Assembly: GCA_026770705.1 (NCBI GenBank)
Contig: JANJGN010000027.1
Span: 19,096,001 to 19,160,000, forward strand
DNA from: Isurus oxyrinchus
Lineage: Eukaryota
Direction of reading: 5' to 3'
DNA length: 64,000 nucleotides
Part shown: in pieces, positions 54,393 through 64,000 of the stretch
Layout of the letters: every line of letters starts with the position of its first letter
Numbering within the stretch: position 1 is the first letter of the stretch
The notes under the pieces: generated by a model
Database searches by the model: none
Told to the model about the DNA's origin: nothing
The model's input: only the letters and a program-made list of their open reading frames with translations
Position numbers and translations under genes: made by a program

Positions 54393-55399
54393 TTAATGGA
54401 CAGATGCCTTTGCTCAGGCTACAGCGCCACATTTTCTACTAAACGTGGTTTATTCCAATGGAGAAAGACAATGCACTGTCTTTACACAACGCATGTAAAT
54501 TCAGAGTGACAAAATGGCCAGACTTGAAGTTCCAAATTCCTGAGTAAGATATGGTATGATTGTTCGGGGGTAGTGGGAAAATGGAGGTGAAAATATATTC
54601 AAGGATACATAAAAACACAAAAGTCCAGTTGCCTCATTAATCCCACTCCTTTCACAGCCATGCACACTCTCTGCTATTGTGGACTCTACCCAACATATTT
54701 AATCTCCTAAGGGAAAGTTGTATGAAATTTCTCCCTGTCCCCCTTAGATAATTGACTGAAACTCCAGAATATCAATCTATCCTAACAAGGCACATTATTC
54801 AATCCTGACCAGCTGCCTCCAACCAATGACGTTTCCATGGCGTCGGTGTCACAAGAACCATTGTGTTTCCGAAAGTCATTGATCATCTCTGTCTGCACAT
54901 ATCATTATAATCTTCAGTTCTACCTTTAACTAGATATGTAGCTGCTCCTCTTAAAGGAGTTAATCAGCACAGCCTGAACTGCTTTTGCTAAGAGTCTGTT
55001 CCAATATCTACACTACTCTGTGGGGGAAAGAACATTCTAATCTCTAGTCCTGCCTCAGGCTTGTTAATTCTGTTCTCATTTCCTGTAGTTCTGCACACAC
55101 CATCCAAGTTAAATAACCTGCTTACATCCATATTATCCATGGCTATCAGCATTTTAAAGATCTGGATCCTTTCCTGAACTTACTTCTCCAATGACAAATT
55201 CAGTTTGGAGAGGCTCTTTTCATAAATCGCAGCCCTAAGGCTCAAGTCATTGTTGTTTCTCTTTTAAAATGTTTTTGTTGGTGGAATTTTTCTGCTCATC
55301 AGTGTGTGGGTTTCTAAATGCTGGGAATGCTTTTACCTGGCACCCAATGTCAGCATTAAACAGGTCAGTTGTGGATGTAGAATGAAGCTCTCTCTTCTC

Positions 55400-55780
55400 A
55401 ACCAACAGCCTGCATTTAACTAGCACCTTTAATGTCATAAAACATTCCAAGGCACTTCCCTGGAGAGTTATCAAGCAAAACTTGACACCTGGCCACATAA
55501 GGAGATATCTGAATAGATAATCCAAGGTTTGGTCAAAGAGGTAGGCTTTAATGAGTGACTTGAAGAAGCAGAGAGAGGTGGAAGGACGGAGAAGTTTAAG
55601 AAGGGAATTCTAATATTTATAACATAGGCAGCAGAAAACCTGGCCATTAATGGTGGAACAATGTGCAAAATGGCAGGAGTGGAAGAATGCAACCATCTCG
55701 TAGAGTCATAGGGTGAGAGATGATTACAGAGATAAGGGTGGCAAGGCCATTGAGGGATTTGAAAATGAGAATTATTTGAT
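55400..55780 (-). mobile_element. L2-like 3' tail
   Basis: caacagcctgcatttaactagcacctttaat...ggtttggtcaaagaggtagg...gagggatttgaaaatgagaat. Confidence 0.65.
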
Positions 55781-57305
55781 ATAAGAGCTAATTGGCATGA
55801 ATTGTTCGATTCAACTCAGTAAATCTGGGAGATGCTTGTTAGGGCGAAAATTCAAGCTGATGCAACAGAGGGTACTCTTCTGTGATTAGGACTGAGGAAC
55901 ATGAGAGATATTTTCTACTGTTAGAAACAGATGTGTCAGTCTTGTCTTTTTTTTGTGTAGGAAGATATGCTGTTGAGAAACACAATGCCCATGAATGGAG
56001 TGATTCTCATCTGTTTAAATGCAGGTGAGGACAATCCATGAAAATTTGAGACTTGGTAGTAGTTCATGGGATTGGTGCTCAGTCTCTAGTAGAACCTGCA
56101 CTCCAAATAGCCTTCTCCCACCAACACTGAGCCAGTTTAAAGATTGCAGCAAAATCCACATTGAACAGTATCATTCATGGTGAAAGGGTTCAGTTGCTGC
56201 ATCAATGAATTAAGTCCAGCTCAGTAAGTGAGTGGATTCTTACCAATTCTTTTAATAAAATATTAATACAACATTAACAGGCATTAATAAGTATTAGCAT
56301 TGTGCTGGAAGAAAATCTTGAATGTCATTCCCCTCGTTTGAGGGGTGAAGATAGGGAACACCATGAAATGGCCAGCCTGGAGGTTTCACTTAACTCCAGT
56401 TTTTCACTAACTTCAGGGTTCAGTTCTGTGCTCAATGACATTGAAAACAATCTACATTGTTGGGCTTGAGTAGAGTGAGCTTTGGTCTGTATCTTGACCC
56501 TGTTATAAATAACCAAGGGGTCTTAATGCTTCCACTGGGTACGCTGAAGAAGCCTCTCAAAGCTTTCTGATATTATTTGTTGCATGAATGCAACTGTATC
56601 CCTTCCTGATTATGCAATTATCTTAATTGCTTTTCTGATATTAATATGTCTTCATTCAGAAGGAAAATTGTTTGGTTTTTAAGATCAACATACACTATAC
56701 TTCCTCTATACAGATTCTGACTGGCACTAATTGCCGCACTTCCAATACTAGCCAAGGATGCAGGAGTTTTTGGGCCATGCACTGTACTCCACAGCCACAG
56801 TTAGTGGCACTCTGTGATCAGCTGGCTGGGAACACTTTTCATCATATAGAATTATATCTAGCAGTGTGTTTCCCTCTTCCCAAAGTTGACAGTCATGGCT
56901 GGACAAAGAGAGACTGTGCATGCAACCAGTCTCATCATATCTGAGCAACATTAAGAGCAAACAGATGAACTTATTTGGCTCCCTTGCTTGCTGGGAGAGC
57001 TACAAAGCTCCCAGATATGTTTATAAGTTTAGAGGGCTCACACATCCATTCAGCCTTTTACAGTGTCAATGCTGAAGAACGTTTTGGAAATAACACTAAA
57101 CTGTACACATGCTTAAAAAATTGTCACCATATGTTATGAAAATGCTTTAATGTATAGGATGATATCTCAACAGGAAAAGTAGAATTCCTCCCTCCCACTC
57201 TTCCAAATGAAAGATATAGGAGTGTTTATTATTTGGCATATTTCATCACTAATTAGAAACAGATTATAATTGCATCCATTTTCCATGTATCAAATCAAAC
57301 AACTA

Positions 57306-57470
<165 letters not shown>

Positions 57471-57810
57471 TTAAAGGGGAATGGTGCACCCATCCCCACT
57501 GCAAAGAAAATTACTCTCATATGAACTGCACTTATATTTCAGAACCTGTATACATTCCAACAGATGACTATAAATGACTCAATTAATGACTGAAAGGAGC
57601 TTGTTTATTAGAGCCATAATATTAAGATGCATAACAAGCAAAGCACCATCTGCTTAAAAACATATACCCTTAAATAAATTCTCATTTTACCTAATTTGAA
57701 AGCCTTCTGATAACAAAGCAAAGAACAGGCTCTATACTTTTAATCTGGATGATGTAACTCATTGTTAATCACAATCTGAACCAACAACGAAAGTGGAGTT
57801 TAAAGGTTTC

Positions 57811-58302
57811 AGGCTGATTTTTCTTCGAGGGATTACGGTTGCTTCACTTCTACAGGGAGGTAGTGTTTTTTTGGTGCAAACTTACTTGTTCTGATTTGCC
57901 ATTACTGTTTCTCTTCATTCTATTTTGTTTAGGGTCCCACTCCCTCTTGCTGGTACTAGGACCTGTTTCCCCCAGCTAAGGCAGCCCTGCGGTGCCTTGC
58001 TCTCAAGCCTCACCCCCATCACTCTTAAATTGGTTAAGAGGACATCTCTGAAGTGAATTCTTCTTTAGTTTTTATTCAGTGTTTCCTCTGACAATACAGC
58101 TTGTGATGAGGAATTTGCAACCTGAATAACTTCTGACAAAGCAGGATGGATATTGGATGGGGTTTGACAAACAAATTAGTTATATTTGAACCATTAACCA
58201 ATCTTGCATAGGTAAAATAGATTTTCACAGCACTATTTTGTTGAAGGAACCATAGGCAAGATTCTTCAACCATTGACCATACATGGATTGAAAATCTAGC
58301 CC
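57811..58302. mobile_element. Degenerate Harbinger-type MITE
   Basis: Ends aggctgatttttc / gaaaatctagccc. Confidence 0.45.
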
Positions 58303-61300
58303 TATATCCTTAAAATGAAGCTACCATTCACAAATAGTTTAACAGGACAGTAGCTGCAGTGTCAAACAAACAAGTTTCAGTAGTTTGTACAGTTCCCCTG
58401 TGATTGGAAAACAATGTGCGCTCCCATGTAACATCATTAACTGCAACTTATCAATAGTTTAAAGTAACAGTCACAATCCTTTAAAGGTAATACACGTCAA
58501 GCGTACAACTACTGCACGGCACAGCTGTATGCTAAATTAGTTAGCTGACCCAAAGGAAAGAGATGGCTGGTACATGTTATCGACAAGAATCCCAATCTCT
58601 CTGTTTAAATAGTCTGTTGTCTGAAATCTTCCTTTAGTCCTGATTTTTCCAATAAACATCCAGCTCTTTCCTCTGGGCTCTCTCAAACTACTTGGTTTTA
58701 TATAGTTCTACTTTCATATCCAAAGGCTTTGATTTCTGGTAGACAAGAATAAAAAAGATGAAAAGGAAAGGTAGCAGTCGAGAAAGTGCACTCAAGGCAC
58801 ATTCACAAATAAAGCACAGCGAGATCTGAATTGCTTCCAGGGATGAACTCCTTGCAGTTGCTGATTTACAAGCGTTATCAGTAGGGCAGCTTCTCTTGGT
58901 TTGCTGGGACGATGCCAGCACCACCTCTCCTTAGAAACAGCTAAATTCCACGAGGATTATTCAATATCCTGAGGTGATTACCAGACTTTTCTTTCAAACT
59001 TTCTTTCTATTCGCTCTGCCTCATTCTTACAATCATTCATCACTTAACTGCTATTCCTTTGATTTACATCATCCTTGCCTCCTACTGTTTTAAACATTTC
59101 TTGAGTCCTGTGGAATAGGCCTTGGCCCCTCATTTTGCTTTCTCAATAATAAAAAAATACTCAGAAATAAACCTATTGTTGTTTACTGCAAGAACATTTC
59201 TAAATAGAATGGTGATTCTGCTTTTAAGTCAAAATTCATTTGGCAGAAATATAAAGAAAATCTGAAACAAAGCTGAACAGATCCATGAGCGGCAACGCTA
59301 ATGAGTTTTCTGGATATTTTTTGTTTTTATTTTAGATTTACCACATTGACCTTGACTTTTCGGTTTTCCCCATTTTCTTGTGTGCCTTTTTTGCTTCTTA
59401 GCTATTTCCATGTTCTTTGAATGTACTTCTACTGCCTTACAAGATTACTTTTTTATTTCATCTAACAATTGCTGATTTTCAATTAAGCAGTTTTCAAATC
59501 ACTTAACCATTAACTTCCTCTCTGCAATTGGAGCTTCTGCTCTATATTCAGTGTCTTTTACCCCACTTCCCCCTTAAACTTTAGTAAGCTGCTTATGTGC
59601 CAGTTCTCATGCCGTGTATTTCCAACATTTTCCACTTTTGTTAAAAGTTACTGTTTCATTTCCAACATAAAATACATAGAGTTTCCTGCTGCACATATCC
59701 TGGATTGTCAGGAAGCTGCTAGTGTTATTCTACTTCAAGAAACCGATGGTTTATTTGAAATAGCCTAATTTCACAGCAACTAATATAAAAAGCAAACTTT
59801 CATTTATGTAACACCTTATCACGTCATTGAAAAGTCTCAAAGTGTTTGACGCAATGAACAATACTGAAATACAGGCTTCATTTAGATAGGCCTCTAACTG
59901 GTGGGAAATAGCTAATAATGAACACATGTTTCAATTGCCTAGTTCATGAAATGAATTCTAAAGCTTGATTTCAAATATGTTGGGTTGCAGGTATCCAGTT
60001 CTTTGTTGGAGCTTTCTAACAGTTTTTTTTTAAGAAAGCTATTTTACAGTTGATGTTTTTGATTGATCAAATATAAACGGGCCTTCCATACAGCACTATT
60101 GTTAGACATAGCACTAAGAATATTACACTAAAAGATGCACTACAAGGTTTTTCAAAGAGGAAAATCTAAATACATTTTATGTTAGAAACCATGGTATATA
60201 TAAAAACATCAAAGCTAGTTAGGGGAAAATGAATTGTACTCCTTGTATATACTATTATGAGGTTTACTAATAATACCAAGCTATGTATAATATCCATGGT
60301 ACTAACATACCACTTTTCTGTGTGTTATCGTTTATACAAAGTCCTGGTACCATAATCCAGGCTTAATCTCATTGTTGGATTGAGTAGAGCTGTTAAATGT
60401 ATGTGTCTTTACCATTTAGACCACAGCATGTGTACATTGTAAACTGATGTATGTGCCTCTGTATTCACATAAGCTTTTCTTTCTTTATGAATAAAAATCT
60501 GAGTTCTGCTGACATCAGATTCAATTTAATATTCAATTGGCAATGTAATTAGAATATAAATTAATAAAAACCAAGTCTCAGTATAGATTTCCATATATCA
60601 GAAACTCATACAGTACATGATTGACTTATTAACAGATTAAATTTTAACTAGAAAATCAAGGAGTAATCCCAGGAAGCAAATTTCTGTTGGTAAAGAGTTC
60701 AGTTCACTGTGACAATGACATGCTTCCACCACAAACCACACAGAGTAACAATATACAACAAACGATTGCAAAAATAGAGGTACAACCATTGCAAGCCACG
60801 TATGATTGCAGTAACTGTTGTTGGATGGCTGAACGGCACTAGAAACTCTCTTATTTTTGTTGTACATATATCACTGCACACAAGCTTGGAGTCAGACAAA
60901 GGAAGGAGGTGAGGGACAGACACAAAGCAGGATAGGGGGAAAGAAGGGGCAATTCTTGGGACAAAAAGAGAATAAGCAAGTAGCTACTAAGGTAGTTGGG
61001 TCAGCAATTAAATGACGCTTGAAAAAATTGAAACAAAAATCATGAAAAAATTCAAAGATTCAAATTGGTATCTTTGGACTAAAAGGATACTGCCAAAACA
61101 TTAATTTACTTCATGCATTAATATTTCACTCAATGTCAAGCAACAAACAGGGTTTGTGGGGGGGGCGCAGATGAGAAGTGGTTGTCCCAGTGGGCTGGGA
61201 AAAAATGTGCAACCTCACTAAACCAAGAAAAACTAAAGAAATGGTAAAAACTGCTTCTGAAATATGTTTTTCTTCCATATTTAGTGAATTGACTGTGTAA

Positions 61301-61916
61301 GCATGGAATGTGATCAGTTACCATCAGGGCATATTAAAATTATCATTGTGAAAAAAAATCATCAAACTCATTAATTAGCTAATGAAATAAATTTGTGACA
61401 ATTCATTTTTTCTCCTTCTTTTCAATGAATCCACAGACAACATGAAGTACTGTTTAAATGTACAAAAATCTGAAGACAGACAATGTGTAAGACATCAGTT
61501 GAAGATTTTGACAAGCAGACAGCATAATAGCACCTTGGCTGACTGACATTTACATTACATCATCATGGGGGATGGGGAGGAATAAAACTTTATGCCAGCA
61601 AACGTTTTAATATGGAATGGTTGGAAACACAATCTGTGAGACAGCAAAGAATGAAGGACCATCTAGAAAAAATATATGTAAGTATCACTTTTCCCAAAGA
61701 AATTAGTGTAAGGACAAGAAGTTTTTTTTAAAAAATACTGTAAATGTCATATATTGACTAAAATGTTATTCTATTTGATGTGTTTTTAGTATTATCCTGC
61801 TGACTTGGTGAGAGTAAAAGAATAAGCACTTGAGGAAATGAGTTCCAAAGCTGGAAGATGTAAAGAATTGAAGGGAAAGTTGAGATTGGCTGGGAAGTAA
61901 ATGAAGAGAGCTTTAC

Positions 61917-61928
61917 CACTTGGCACCT
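61917..61928 (-). CDS. KCNMA1: KCNMA1 12-nt alternative microexon at the SRKR splice site (encodes G-A-K plus junction Cys)
   Basis: Minus strand reads gttttcttgttgtttacag|AGGTGCCAAGTG|gtaaag after a long U-rich tract. Phase 2-2 and 12 nt, like the tetrapod SRKR exon. The downstream intron translates in a shifted frame as ALFIYFPANLNF, resembling the avian SRKR-extension peptide as I recall it. Confidence 0.75.
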
Positions 61929-64000
61929 CTGTAAACAACAAGAAAACATTTCAATCAAACGCCATGGTAGGAACAAACAGCTCGCAACAAAAACAAAAGG
62001 AAACATTCCAACTTGGCAAACATAAAACAAACAAAATAGTTTTGTTTCTTCAAAAACACGAATGTGGCAAAACGCAAGAAAATGCAAAAAGGAATTTTAG
62101 TAACAAGAATACAAAGTTGAACTTCGTTCTATTTTCTCTGTGGTGTGAAACAATTATGAAAATGAACCTGTATACGCCAATAGAATTAGGACACTACTCT
62201 TGGACATTCACTAGGCTACTTTGCAGCATTTATGTATTTCACCGTAAGATGTGTTTGGCCTATCAGTGTTCATGATAATTGAGAGTTTTAATAAATCTTG
62301 CCTTCAAAGAGCTAATTGGGCTTCCCCATCTTCCTTCCTCCCATTTGTTCATCACTTCAACACAACATAAAGATGAATAATTGTTGTGTTTCAGGAAAAA
62401 TAACTAATGAATTAAAAACAGACAATTCTGGAAACACACAGCAGCTTGATCAGCATCTGGTGGGATGTTTCTCACTAAAACTGCTTGGCTGAAATGAAGG
62501 ATCCCAACTGAACATTAACGTACCTTGCCTCTTTTAGCTGATTGAGCTGCTGTGCTTCCCCAACATTTTCTTAAATAAAGTGCCTTAAGATGCACTTGTT
62601 ACCCGATTACTCCAAATTTAGGCTTAACAAAAGTTTCTGTAACATGGAATGTAATCAATCATATTTTTAATGGAAGAGAGTGGACAGGAAATGTATTTTA
62701 CATTAGGCTGGCATATAACATTGGACACATAATGACAGTGAAAGGCTTATTAGACTTGCTAATTAGTATTGGTTGATACATAGTTCTTCATGTGAGTAGT
62801 TCATTATGTCTTACTGGTGTCTGATGTGTGCAATATTGAAGGTTAATATCACATTTAAATGAAATTAAGATCAGTTACCAGTACAAATGCCAAACAATGC
62901 TATCCTAGAAAGTTATAAAGTTCTTCAATTGGATATCTTTGAGATTATCTTTTAATAATAAAGGTTGCGTTCACTTGTGCATTGTGAACCTTTCATTACT
63001 GGCAGTGTTAAGTGCATTCATATTCTGTCAGTTCAATGAACAGTTTAAGAACTGTACAGTACAGACCCTATTATGACCCTGTTTGCAGAGAATTGGATCT
63101 AACATGAACATGAGACGCTAATTTGACCTCATCTACTGCCTCTGAAGACCTGATGCCTTGGGAGCAGGAGTTGGTCCTTAGCTGAGAAGACAATACTGAA
63201 TGGACTGGCCAGATCTAGTCATGTGTTTGCTTCGGTATAGTTTAGCACACTTTAGGTAGTTTTTAACTAGTAACATACAGCTAGCATGATTATTTCAATC
63301 AGTTTTACATAATCAGTTACTGCGCAGGCAATATATCCAATTTGAAGGAGCTATTGGAATGATTGTCTTCAATTTAATACGTAATTCATATCCACAGCTG
63401 TGAATGGATATGTAATCTTAGTTCTTGAGAATTTACAGTGTATATTACTGCTAATTGGGATTAGCATTGAATCAATAATGTTTGCTTAATGCAAATAAGT
63501 GGATTAAAGAACAGTTTGCTTAACATGAGGCTTCCATTAAGTGGCTTCTACTGTGTTAATGAGTTTAAATCAGCATCATTTATCCCTTTCACATTTAACG
63601 ACAACTATATCTGAAATGCATTCACCTTGTTTCCATTTCAAATCTAATGTTACGTGGAAATATGCCTGAACTGACTTTGAATGGTGTAAACTGGCACTGG
63701 ATGGGCTGGGTTATGCTCACAAAGCACTTAACTGCTGCCTATGGTCAGTGGCAATTAGCCCATTCCAATACTGACTAAAGAGCAAGAACTTTCTGATCAT
63801 GCATCACATAACCTTCAAAGATATCAATAATGCCTGGACAGCACTTTACCATCAATCAAAGTGCCAGCAGGGACTAAATAAGTATCTGTAGGAAGTAACT
63901 TTGAAATGTAGGGGCACTTCTGATAAAAATTGTGGTAAATTTGAAGAATGTTAACAATTAACTTTAAAGAATTAACCTTTCTCAGCTCTGTTATGATAAT

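Overview
Eukaryotic vertebrate genomic DNA, most likely from a shark or other cartilaginous fish (inferred from the repeat content and protein divergence). The whole window lies inside KCNMA1 (BK/Slo1 Ca2+-activated K+ channel alpha subunit), transcribed on the minus strand. Six constitutive exons spanning the end of RCK1, the linker and the start of RCK2 are readable with GT-AG boundaries and consistent phases. The alternative-splicing region contains a 12-nt microexon at the SRKR position (here GAK/C), the 9-nt IYF microexon, the 174-nt STREX exon (CTC rather than CSC, one extra Cys), and an exon-22-like exon that reads on to a stop codon followed by AATAAA. Several further unverified cassette, poison and terminal exon candidates are listed. 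The introns hold a nested Gypsy/Harbinger/Penelope insertion (0.9-7.2 kb), Harbinger-type MITEs, CR1 and L2 tails, and Penelope-derived hairpins carrying minimal hammerhead-ribozyme motifs. Most ORFs in the supplied track are spurious. All comparisons with other species are from memory and need database confirmation.
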